Below, one piece after another: positions 52,743 through 64,000 of a stretch of DNA of 64,000 bases; positions within the stretch are counted from its first letter, which is position 1; every line of letters starts with the position of its first letter. The stretch lies in contig NC_091987.1 of the NCBI RefSeq assembly GCF_044704955.1, forward strand, positions 80,910,001-80,974,000, written 5' to 3'. Position numbers and translations under genes: made by a program. The stretch is from Pristiophorus japonicus (Eukaryota). The notes under the pieces are model-generated. The model was not told the DNA's origin and ran no database searches. It saw nothing but the letters and a program-made list of their open reading frames with translations.

Positions 52743-55396
52743 TGCTGGATGATGTCACTGAGGGACAACATGTAGATGTGAAATAGGAGGGGGCCAAGCA
52801 TAGATCCTTGGGGGACACCAGAGGGGACAGTGCGGGATTGGGAAGAGAAGCCATTGCAGATGATTCTATGGTTACAGCTGGAAAGATAGGAATGAGACCA
52901 GGCGAGTACAGTCCCATGGAGCTGGACGATGGTGGAGAGGCGTTGGAGCAGAATTTTGTTGTCAACCATGCCAAAGGCTGCAAACAGGTCCAGAAGGATA
53001 AGAAGAGGTAGATTACCTTTGCCGCAGTCATTTGTGAGCTTGGTTAAAACAGTTTCAGTGTGGCAGGGGCAGAAGCCTGATTGGAGGGATTCAAACAAGG
53101 AGTTCTGGGAAAACTGCGGACGGATTTGGAAGGCAACAACTCGTTCAAGAACTTTGGAGAGGAAAGGGACGTTGAAGATGGAGTGATAGTTTGCAAGGAT
53201 GGAGGGATCAAGGATTGTTTTTTGAGGAGAGGGGTGATGACGGCAGATTTGAAGGAAATGGGGATAATACCAGAGGAGAGAAAACTATTAACAATATCCA
53301 CTAACATAGAAGCCAGTGAGGGAAGTTGGGTGGACAGCAATTTAGTAGGAGTAGGGTCAAGGGAACAGGAGGTCGGTCTCATTGACAAGATGAGCTTTGA
53401 AAGGGCAATGGGAGAGATAGGAGAGAAATTTGAGAAATATGCAAATTTAGGTTTATGGCAGGGGCAAAACAGAGAGGAAGTACGGTCTGGGGGGCTAAGG
53501 GGGGTAAAGGAATTGAAAGCAGAAGCAGTTGAACAGATGTTGTTGATCTTTTTAACAAAGAATCCATGAGCTGCTCACATTTATTGTTGGAGGTGCGGGA
53601 AGAGGAGGCGGGAGAGGGTGGATTGAGAAGACGGTTAGTGGTGGAGAAGAGAAGCCTGGTGTTGTTTTGCCATCCTGGATAGTCTTAGAATAGAGGCGGT
53701 TTTCATGATGGAGAGCAGGACCCCGTAGTGCTTTATATGATCTCGCCAAATCTGGTGATGGATGATTAGACCAGTTGTCCACCAAAGACATTCAAGTCTG
53801 CATCCCTGAATTTAAGGAAGCAGAGATGAGGGGTATATCAGGGTGAACGACTGTAATGATCTTAGTGGGCACAAGGGCATCAAAGTTGGTGGAAAGGGTA
53901 TGATTTTGTAAGTCGGTAGCTGCAGAGATGTCATGAAGAATTGCAGACCAAAGGTTAGATAGTTGGGAATTAGAAAGTGCAGTGGTAAGGGACTTGAGGG
54001 AGAGTTTTTTCCAGGGGAAGGTACGAAGAGAAGTGGGTTTAGGAGAGGGAAGGGGAACATGGATAGAGAGTGATATAAGGAACTAGCCGGAGACTGCCTT
54101 ATCGGTAATTGTTAGAGAGCATAGCGAGGCCACGTGAGATGATAAGATCGAGGGGGTGGCCGTATATATAGTTGGGGGAGTTTACATGAAGGGCGAGATT
54201 AAGGGAGGAAAGGAGGGCAGTGAACTCATAGGAGTGGGAGCAAAATGAGTTGAGATGGAGGTTGAAATCATCGAGGATGAGGAATCGCTCAGTGCAGAAG
54301 CAGAGGGAGGAAAGCAGAGAAGATATCTCATTGAGAAAATTGGTGTGGTACTTGGGTGGGCGGTACAGAATAAGGATTTTAAAAGAGAGACGTGAGGAGT
54401 GGAAAAAGGTGAGATACTCAACGGAGGAGAAGTTGTCGGAGGACAGACCAAGGTGTGATTTAGAGCTAAGGGCTACATCACCACCACCACGGTGGTTTGG
54501 GTGTGAAATATGCTGAAAAATATAGCCAGGTGGGTAAGCTTCATTATGTGGAAAGATGTAATCACCCCTCAACCATGTCTCCATCAATGCCATGATGTCA
54601 ATTTGATCATCCACAATAAGGTGATGGATGGCAAGGCCTTATTTACAATTGAACGTACATTCTGAAGGGAAATATGGAGAGGGGAGGTGATACCTAATTT
54701 ACTGGTGGAGTCCAGAGGGACAAGGCAGAATGGAACAGGGAGGAGGTTGGCGAGATTAGTTCGCAGCAGGCGCTAAGGGCAGGGAGGGTGGGGAGAGAGT
54801 AAGATAGGACAATTTGGATTGCTGCATATCGTCCATTGACCCCATCAATTTATGGCTTCACATTCATCATCAGACAACTTCAAAAGCAACTTGTCACCCA
54901 GCAACCAAAAATGTGCAAGACGGGAAAGTGGAACAAAAGAATAATATTTATTTGCTTTAACTAAACAACAGAAACTTAACAACATAACGATTTATCACAC
55001 ACATGTGCATACCATTATGCAACTACCAAGCTTTACTCTTCCTTTTCCTACCACTCCTACGTGGTGCAACCCCTGTGGCTTGAGCAGAGGTAGAGGCAGG
55101 TTGCTCACAGCCCTGCCGAGATGCTCTTGGCCAACGACCTCTAAGTTTTGGAGCCCTTGAGGGCCTCACCAAAGACTGCTCCATCTGCACCTTTTCAGGG
55201 CAGACTCCGCCATCGGGACACAAATAACGAAGCAGAAACATAAAATAACATTATTTTAATAAAATCAATGCCATTTCAACATACTGAAAAGGTATTTTCA
55301 TATACAACCAATGGATTGCTGCATATCGTCCACTGACCCCATCAATTTATGACTTCCCATTCATCATTGGACAACTTAAAAAGCAACTTGCCACCC

Positions 55397-55996
55397 GGGG
55401 CCATTGGAGGGAATAGCTTGCGGCAGCCCGGCCTGGAAATCAGTGCGGTCCCGGCCTGTAAGACCATCAGCAGGCCAGGGCCATTGCAGGGAGCAGTGTG
55501 CGGCAGCATACCACTGTAGGGAGCAGCGCGTGCTGCTGCAGGAGGGCTACGGCTACGAAGCCAGGTCTCTGATTGCAGTGCGGACAGGCACAGCAGGAGG
55601 GGCGAAGGAGCGGCAAGAGTCCGTAGAGGGAAGTGACGGAGCTCACAAGAGGCGTGAATCTGGGGCCCAAAAGAGGCGAAGGCCCAGGGGCAGCACGGGC
55701 TAGCCCACACTGCGATATGTGTGCGTGCTCGGTCTGTGCAGCAGAGCTGGTCTCCAGTTGGTCTTGGGTAATCCTTGCCACTGGACCAAGACCTAGCTCT
55801 GTCAAGCCCGTGTGGTGGCTGGTGTGCAACGGCCACCATACGTTAAAAAAAATCCAAGCACAGGCATCTTCCACCCTTCACGATATAGTTCGGGATCTGG
55901 AATATTAGCTCCTTCATTAAAACACCTGTGAACTCATCCCTTTTTGGCATGGAAGCAAGTCATCCTCACTTCGAGGGATTGCCTATGATGATGATG
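55397..55996 (+). mobile_element. Non-coding GC-rich retroposon (SINE-like, possibly RTE-related) with (GAT)n tail, inserted in the last exon of copy B
   Basis: Absent from copy A. Ends GGAAGCAAGTCATCCTC...GCCTATGATGATGATG; the same tail occurs antisense at about 7300-7345 and 60422-60465. Confidence 0.75.
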
Positions 55997-56101
55997 AGTT
56001 AGAATTTGAATTTTGGTTAGAATTCAGACATGTTGAGGCAGTTACTTTTCCTCTTGATCCAGCGACAAAATTAACATAGATCGGACTGGCTTCAGAATCT
56101 G
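55983..56101 (-). CDS. Copy B terminal cytoplasmic exon, truncated (DSEASPIYVNF...NSNSNSSSS*), lacking ITIM and YENT
   Basis: Matches copy A up to AAC(N), then reads into the antisense (GAT)n tail of an inserted retroposon: TCA x4, then TAG at 55983-55985. Confidence 0.75.
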
Positions 56102-56248
56102 CTAAAATGAAAGAAAAATTGTCTAAAAATGCAATTAGTGTCATTTAATTAATTCTATGACACATATATACCTAAAGAACACACAATCACAGAGGAATCA
56201 GTAACTGAATGGGTGGTGCAGTGGTTTCAAAACCCATGGTAAACTCAC

Positions 56249-56299
56249 TTGCAAAGTGGATCTTATCATTTTGTACCAGTGCATGCAGTTTGACTTCTG
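56249..56299 (-). CDS. Copy B short cytoplasmic exon (AEVKLHALVQNDKIHFA)
   Basis: Paralogue of 2854-2904; same splice sites, open frame. Confidence 0.6.
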
Positions 56300-56419
56300 C
56301 TAATGAGACTCTCGTTCTGTCATTGCTAGCAAGACTGTCATTCAGTTTCAGTCACTTGAAAACTAATGAGAAGAGTTCTTCAAACGCAGTTTTAAATTTG
56401 TAGCTGAATGTCAATTATT

Positions 56420-57089
56420 GGGGTAGAAATCGGAAAAACCAGTTTTCCGGACCTGTCAGCTTGACAGATCGTAGACATCTCGGGAGCGAGGAGATTTACA
56501 CGGGCAAGATTGCGGGATTTACACATATATTGCCCAGCAAATGTCCTGAAAACTCTTGCGCCTGAAAAAGCAGACACATAGCCTACTTTTACAGGCGTAA
56601 GAGTTTAAAAACCTATGAAAAACATGAATAAATAAAATTTAAAAAAACATATTTATGTTAAAACCCTGCCCACTCAGGTAATGTTATTTTAAACCCTAAC
56701 CGTAACTTTTTTTAAAAATCAGCAAATTTTTTTTCTTTAAAAAACATGTTTAACAGCTTTAATTTCTATTAGTGTATTGTGTGAGGTGTTTTTTAAATGT
56801 TTTATGTAGTGTTTGTAGGTTTTGGGGGTTTTCTTATTCATATTAATAGGAGATTCGTAACTTACGAATCTCCTATTACTCTGAATGAGAATATACTTGC
56901 CTGTGATTGGGTGTCCAGGCCCACGTGACTCCTGCGGATGTCCCTACGAGCACACACTGTGATGCACAGTGAGAGGAGGCCTGTGGACCGGGAACTCGAG
57001 TGGGCACAGCAGCTTCAGGTAAGTGCGCATGTTATGTCTATTATTTAGTGCTTTGCCCATGGGGAGTCCTCGAGAGGAATTTCTGTGCC
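56420..57089. mobile_element. MITE at the site paralogous to 3025-3729
   Basis: Same position and TIRs, but much more diverged from its paralogue than the flanks are. Confidence 0.75.
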
Positions 57090-57990
57090 AATATATCGTT
57101 ATTCCTTCATCGTCACTAGGTAAAAATCCTGGAAGTCCCTCCTTAACAGCACTGTGGGAGCACCTTCACCACACGGACTGCAGCGGTTCAAGAAGCCGGC
57201 TGACCACCACCTCCCCAATGGCAATGAGGGATCGGAAATAAATGCTGGCCTTGCCAGCAATGCCTACATGCCATGAATGATTTTTTAAAATTTGTTTTAA
57301 GAAGAGTAATACAAATATCTGTTTCAATGTACAGAGGGCTATAATGTAAAAATAGTTACAAATTAATACTCTATGATTGATTGAGTACTGCTAGGACACA
57401 GAAGAGTCATCTGTGGAAAGCCAATAATCAGAGTTGTAAGTGTAGGCTATGAGGTTAAATCAATTCACTGAAGTGTTGCTTCATAATGTGTGGATGCAGG
57501 ATGGAGTTTCACAGAGCTCTATATTCTGAACCCAGCTCAACTGTGGTGAATTAGAGAACTGACTACGTGGTACTCTCTCGATATAGTAATTCACTGGTGG
57601 AGTGAGGAATATATCCAGCAAACAGTGTCAACTAAAAGCCACGGGTAAATTCAATATAAACTCAATTTTCACTCTGAATGTATTTTTTTACAAAGTCAAT
57701 ACAATTCTGCGTTAGGTTGCCAGGACATATTTCGAGACAGTCTAATGCAAATGGTTGCTGGATTTACAAGTGCATTAGTTCTGCTGGGTATATTTCTCTA
57801 CTTTGTTGACAAAAATTAACCAAAAATATAATTTTTCACTTGCATACTTTATGTGTATGTGCACATGCATCATTAAGATGCACTCAGTATTATACTCAAT
57901 TATCAAAACAACAGTTTAATAAAAACAGTTTAGGAATTTAATGCTCATTAAGGTGACCCAATATCAGTCTGAAGCACTCCTATGTTATAA

Positions 57991-58390
57991 AAGAAAGACT
58001 TACATCTATATAGCACCTTTCACGACCACAAGATGTCTCAAAGCGCTTTACAGCCAATGAAGTACTTTTGGAGTGTAGTCACTGTTGTAATGTTGGAAAC
58101 ATGGCAGTCAATTTGCGCACAGCAAGCTCCCACAAACAGCAATGTGATAATGACCAGATAATCTGTTGCTTTGAAATATTGCCATGGGATATTTTACATC
58201 CACCTGAGAGAGCAGACGGGGCCTCGGTTTAATGACTCATCCGAAAGACGCCACCTCCGACAGTGCAGCACTCCCTCAGTACGGCACTGGAGTGTCACCC
58301 TAGATTTACATGCCCAAGTCCCTGGAGTGGGACTTGAACCCACAAACTTCTGACACAGGCGAGTGTGCTACCCACTGAGCCACAGCTGAC
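57991..58390 (-). mobile_element. tRNA-derived DeuSINE-like SINE (paralogue of 4874-5270)
   Basis: Same A/B boxes and tail. Confidence 0.75.
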
Positions 58391-58861
58391 ACATATATTA
58401 TATCATGGGTTATGAAGAATAAATCAGGCTCTAATCTGCTTCATCAATGTGCCTTGATCCCATCTCAAACAGTACCCCGACTGCCCCATGGTGACATTTT
58501 CCAATTCGTACTACAGGCATCCTGGTCTACTCTTTAAATGAAATGACCAGTTTAGTGCCAAAGGGCAGTTTTGTACAATAGGACCATGTCCAGTTGGAAC
58601 TGGGTTGAGAATATTGTTTTAAGACATGAAAAGACAGCCTTCTAACCCACTACACCCAGCTATCCGTTACGCAAGTCAACAGTCTAAGTGCATCAGCTCC
58701 ATTCAGCCCACACATGGATCCATCTACTGGAACCTGGATTCAGTCAAAAGGATAGTGCAAACAGTGATACTGACTTCATTTTCACATGATCAATTGAAAG
58801 CTATCCACAGACCTCAACCTTGATCATTTGAAAACAAAGGCTATAATGATCTGGATCTTAC

Positions 58862-58951
58862 CTTTTCTTGAACACTTCAACAGTAAATATCCAACCACAA
58901 TTACTAGGATTAGGCACAGAAAAGCAAGCACCACCCATATATACACTCGGC
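58862..58951 (-). CDS. Copy B transmembrane exon
   Basis: Identical to 5741-5830, with intact splice sites. Confidence 0.9.
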
Positions 58952-59858
58952 CTATAATAAAAAAAAGTAAGAAGGTCTTTGAATTAATGGCTTCATCACC
59001 AGCAGGTCATCTGATGGTCAATACAGTAAATTTCTTCCAAGATCAAATACATTTTACTGTTTTTGTTTATATTGATCCATTTAGGAATACAGAAACATCT
59101 GTGGTTGAGTCTGTAAACTGAGCATAATGTTAACAAATTTCAAGCAAGATGTCAGAATATATTCCCAAGTAATACAGCTGATGATGTGTCAATTAACTCC
59201 AGTATAACAAAAGACTGGATGAATATTTGGTTGGGAACAGGGCTGAGGATTATAAGGAGAAGTACAATTGACAGTTGATGGAATGCTGTCCACAAGTCGG
59301 TGGGAACCGGTGAAGACTGGGACAGGACCAGGCCCAGGGTAAATACAGGTGCATGGGGAGGGGAAAAAGTGGTCAGTGGTTTGCGAAAAGTATGAGGAAA
59401 GGGGAGGCCTTTACTTTCCTTGGGGGGACCGGAAAACCATTTCATTCTTCAGACCAGTTTCTTGCTCCCAAGGCAGCTGCTGCGGGCGTCCCGCTGAGAT
59501 CCAGATTAAATTGCCGTTGGAGACCTATTAATGTAATTGGACTTCAATTTGCATAAATGTAAGAGGTGTCTGCCTGTGTCACGGCATGGAGATTTCACCC
59601 ACTCCATTTTAACTGCACGTCGACATCGAGTGTTAAAATTCCCATCTTAGTGTCTTACTACTTTCTTTTGCTTGTGTGTAAACTTAATTCATAAAAATAA
59701 ATGTAACTTATAGTTTTAGCCAGAGCAATCAGAGGGCATAGGAGTGCATGGTGGGCAGCTTGTTCAGTGCCAATATTTTAGCAAAAAGGCCTTTGTTATT
59801 TCTGTGGTATTCATGTTCATGGCTGCTAAGACAGTAGGTTTTAAAACACGGGGGATAC

Positions 59859-59885
59859 CAGTCCACTTATGGAATCTGCTATTTT
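59859..59885 (-). CDS. Copy B candidate connecting-peptide micro-exon
   Basis: Identical to 6738-6764. Confidence 0.4.
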
Positions 59886-59988
59886 CTGTAAACACAGATA
59901 AAAAGTTGGAAGAATATTACCTGGACTACTTCACAAAAGGGAACATGGTGCGATATTAAAGTGAAGCACGGGAAGAAAACTGAAATAC

Positions 59989-60297
59989 CTTCACTCTGCT
60001 CATCAAATGGTATGGTTAGTATTCTAGTGAGAGGGGTTTGCAATAATGAGTGATTCACATGACATGAATACACATCCCCCTCCTTCCAGTCAGAGAGGTT
60101 AACATAACTTGCTCTGGAGTTGTTGTTGTTTGACATAATAGTTATTCCAGAGTTAATCCATACTGAGCCTTCCTGTCCTTCTTTACTCCAACTCAGTTGA
60201 ATGTTCTCTGGATAGAAGTTCTCTGCTCTACAAACCAGTTGTCTGCAGCATCCATTTTCAGCTGGGGGAAGAAGTTCAACTTCCACCTCTGGAGGAG
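59989..60297 (-). CDS. Copy B exon 3: C1-set Ig domain
   Basis: ORF 59879..60319; same C1 motifs; 4 aa differences from copy A; 309 nt. Confidence 0.92.
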
Positions 60298-60686
60298 CTT
60301 GGTAAAGAAAATATAACAAGCTTTATTAACATCTGAAAAATTATATATTTTACTTTATTTTCCATTGGAAAAAACATCCAATGTGCATTTAGTCATACTG
60401 TTCTCTCAACTTAATGTTGTTCCATCATCATAGGCAATCCCTCGGAGTCGAGGAAGACTTGCTTTCACCACTAAAGCTGTACAATGATTCTAGGACCAGC
60501 AAACATGTTGGTTATGATGTAGATAATAATCATAAGAAATTTCTTTAGAATAATATTTACAATTCAAACTATCCTATGACCACAAAAGACAAATATTAGG
60601 TGAAAATACAACAGAATTATGTTGTCAATTCAATCGCATAGAAATATATATAAGACTTTATAATGTATTAATATAATAATTCATAC

Positions 60687-61058
60687 CTTCTACTATGAGG
60701 CGTGCTGTGCTCCCTTGTATTTCTGTGGTAGGAGGTGGTATAGAGAATGTAATCGTACAGTAGTAAAAGTCTGTGTCATTCACTTGGAGATCTCGGATGG
60801 AAAAATGTGTAACATTAGCACTGAGTTCCAACGTAATGCTCACTCGACTATCACACATGGGACTCGGCATCAGCTTCTTATTCATATAGAGTACTCTGCA
60901 TACAGGATTGTTCCTCATATTCCTCCACCAGGAAACAGACATCATTTGTACCTCGGAGCGATTGTGCCAGTAGGAACAAGTGATGTTCGCACTCTCTCCC
61001 TTTAAGCCTTTCAGGACAGCTGGAGTTTGGAGAACTTGGTCTTCACTACATGTCAAAT
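60687..61058 (-). CDS. Copy B exon 2: V-set Ig domain
   Basis: ORF 60658..61068; 4 aa differences from copy A; splice sites intact; 372 nt. Confidence 0.92.
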
Positions 61059-62225
61059 CTGTTCCCATGAAAAATCAAAAGAAATTTGCATTGTTAATAA
61101 AAACTAATCAAATATGTATCTGTGAATCTGCCTAGTTATTTAAAAATATGATTTTAATATTGATTGAAATGATAATCGTTACTGAGCAAGACATTACATG
61201 GGTTCCGCAGATCAGCATACGTTCTGTTCATTTTGCCTTTTGTTTTTAATCAAAATTTTATTGTAGGAAAGGATGAAATCAAAGTATGAAACCTCGGTAC
61301 AATCAATTAAAAGTGTCTTGTGAAAAGCATATCACTGCTTGTTTTAATGATACTAGTTTGTTATAGTGAGGGGTTTGTAATCTCGGTTTGAAAAACTTTG
61401 TCACAAGTGCTTTATAATATAATTGTTTGGTTCAATGAGAGTTGTGCATTTCCAATTAAATCATGTACATTGAGAATGCAGCATTAAGAATTGTGCCAGC
61501 AGAAGGACTGATTTGGTTATTTCTTATCTTCCAACATTAACCTGTGCAAGGATCCTGCATGGTTCTGCACTGCTTCTAACATCAATGCACCTTCTTGGTG
61601 AGTGTATATCTCTCACAGCGCTGGAACAGGCTACTCACAGCTGAAACAAAATTTAAACCGTGTATTGCTTGTACTGGAGAGTTTTAGACACATTTAATAC
61701 CTGCAAATGTATAGAAGTGTCTTTTTCAAAAACACTGCTCACCTACCACCATGTTAACAGTGGAGACAAGTTCACGCTGCAGCATTCACGGCACAGATTT
61801 AGAATGAACCTTTTTTGACTTTGATGTTTAATTAAAATTACACAAAAAATTATCGGTAGCAGAAAATTAGATCAATAAAGTTGATACCATTCTATTACCA
61901 GTCACACTTTATCACATTTTTCTGTACACAAAAGCCTCATGATACACAGTTTACTTTCCAAATCCATGACAGATTCCTTTTTAAATAATTTAGTTTTCTG
62001 TGAATATAAACAAGGCATCAGAAGAATACAAGCCAACACCGGGTGGTGTACTGCATGGTATTTAGGCCACCTGAATGTTTGACAAAGATATCCTGCAAGG
62101 CCAGGGACTTCAGTGATAGAAAAATGACAATCAGTACCAGCAGGTTATCCTCTTGGAACTAAAAAATGTTATACGGGCTGTTCTCTCAACTTCACTCACA
62201 TTATCAGAAAAATAAGCATCCTTAC

Positions 62226-62280
62226 CTAGAGTAACCATGAGGAGAATCCACTTGGTAAAACAGATAACGAGTGAAGACAT
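62226..62280 (-). CDS. IgSF V-C1 receptor copy B, exon 1 (signal peptide)
   Basis: Same 55-nt coding exon and GTAAGG donor as copy A. Confidence 0.85.
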
Positions 62281-63806
62281 TTTGCCCAGCAACAGCTTTG
62301 TTCAGTTCTGGGACAGGGATAGCAACAGCTCTGAGAGTTGTTCAGTTGGCGAGAGTGTCCAATCGTGCTTCTGCCAGAAAGGTGAAAAGGTGTGGGTTCT
62401 TTCTACAGCGGTCTTCCTGTTTGACAGGACATTGTGGTGTTTGAGCAATAATCTTTAAATATATATCAAACATTAAACATCTTATTAAAAAGAAAAACAA
62501 GTTTAAAGCATGTCTGGCTGTGATTATGCTTTACATGTCTCTGTTGAGACTGTACAATTGTGGTGTATTTTTCATTAGTTTTTCTGAAACTTCGCTTCTG
62601 CAACTAAAGTAATTTCCTGTTTAAATTAACTGGGTGTGGGGATTTGGAACGCACTGCCTGATAGGGTGGTAGATACAGATTCAATAGTAGTCCTCAAAAG
62701 GGAATTGGATAAATTGCAGAGATATGAGGAAAGAGTGGGAGTAACTTGACTGCTCTTCAAAAGAGCCGACGCAGACTCAATGGGCTGAATGGCCTCCTTC
62801 TGTGCTGTACTATTCTATGAATCTATGGGTTAGAAATTCGTGGCCTGAGCTCTACTCCGTGCCATTAAATGGCACTAAAACACCGGCTGCCGCTCTTTCA
62901 CCAGCTGGTGGCAGGTCCTGCAGCGGCTGCCATTTTCATCCCTACATTTGTGCTGCCAGTAACTGTCAGCGCCATGCTGGAAAAATTGGCGGCGTGGTGA
63001 TGTCAATCGGCGTCCAATGCCAAGTTAACATTACCAACAGAAACTTCGACATTAGCGTTGAATTCAATGCTGGGTTCTAAGCATGCCAGCAGGCAGATAG
63101 TGGCGATGTCTGCACCTCTTAAAGGGACACAGCCTTCAAATAAGATTGAATTTAAGCTTTGGACTGGGTATTTTTGATTTTATTGAAGTAATAACTTTCT
63201 GCAATAGGTGTTAAAAGTTTTTTAAGGGTGTATGGAGTGCTGCTGGATGCTTGCAAGAGCTTGGATAGTAAATGTAGGACAGAAAATGCTGCCAATACTC
63301 AGCAGATCAGACAATATCCATGGAGAGAAAAACAGAGTTCACGACTCAGGGCAAGATGCTGCCTGACCAGCTGAGTATTTCCAGCATTTTATGTTGTCAT
63401 TTCAGATTTACAGCATCCGCTAGCAGGGGGAAGAGGAAGACACAGAGGAGGAAGATGCAGAAGGAAGGATGCTGTCTGTTTCTGGCCGGTGTATCCAGGA
63501 TGGAATCATCTGCCTGCAGTCCCAGTGATCATAACCCCAATCCCTCTTTCAACATTAGTCCCACACCTTACCTTCCCTCTGTTGCTGACTATCACTGCAT
63601 TCTCTCGGCCACGATGCTGAAATAAAAGCCACCACAAAGCAAACTTTCCAATCCAACTATATATATCTATCCATCCAATATGACATCAAGAAATCAACTC
63701 ATCACCCTTATGCATTCTGTTAGTGACTATCTTATGTGTGCATTTGCCTATCCTACTGATGTCACCCAGTAGCTGCAGCATAGATGGTGGAAGGCTGCTG
63801 ACTTTC

Positions 63807-64000
63807 ATAAGAAATAGGAGCAGGAGTAGGCCACCTGGCTCCTCGAGCCTGCTCCACCATTTAATAAGATCATTACTGATCTGATCATGGACTCAGCCCC
63901 ACTTCCCTGCGCATTCCCCATAACCCTTTATTCCCTTATCGCTCAAAAATCTGTCTATCTCTGCCTTAAATATATTCAATGACCCAGCCTCCACAGCACT
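63807..64000 (-). mobile_element. CR1 3' end (paralogue of 21767 onward), cut by the window edge
   Basis: Matches 21767-21930. Confidence 0.85.

Larger units (their letters stand above)
47881..54820 (-). mobile_element. L2 LINE (paralogue of 1-2090), interrupted by SINE, Gypsy and CR1
   Basis: Tail at 47881, LHWL/RLD ORF at 48532, YADDTQLY ORF at 50214, RT and APE at 52743-54614. Confidence 0.88.
52743..64000. repeat. Tandem segmental duplication, unit B (runs off the right edge; left boundary not visible)
   Basis: Matches position 11 onward of the window. The match resumes at about 50598-50608 on the far side of a B-specific CR1. Confidence 0.95.

Noticed and set aside
52743-64000. Assembly artefact (false duplication of one haplotype)
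   Set aside because: Several distinct TE insertions on each side and locally high divergence favour true paralogues, though read depth and long reads are needed to exclude two divergent haplotypes.

Overview
Repeat-rich vertebrate genomic DNA, most likely a cartilaginous fish (abundant CR1 and L2 LINEs, a DeuSINE/SacSINE-like SINE, Gypsy LTR elements, Harbinger relics). The only host genes I can support are two tandem, minus-strand copies (A: 2543-20238; B: 55983-62280, about 53 kb apart) of a non-rearranging immunoglobulin-superfamily receptor. Its structure is leader, single-exon germline-joined VJ-type V domain, C1-set domain, TM, and two cytoplasmic exons, with phase-1 introns throughout. 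The V domain has CD28/CTLA-4/CD28H-like hallmarks (extra Cys pair, C-x6-PPP FG loop) but is followed by an Ig-like C1 domain. Copy A has a tail with YVNF, an ITIM (SNYSLI) and YENT. In copy B a 681-bp retroposon insertion plus a 19-bp deletion removes the ITIM and adds a new stop, giving an ITIM+/ITIM- pair with near-identical ectodomains. The rest is nested, decayed transposons, including an 11-kb Gypsy/CR1/Gypsy nest found only in intron 1 of copy A. Exon models and percent identities were read and counted by eye, not computed.
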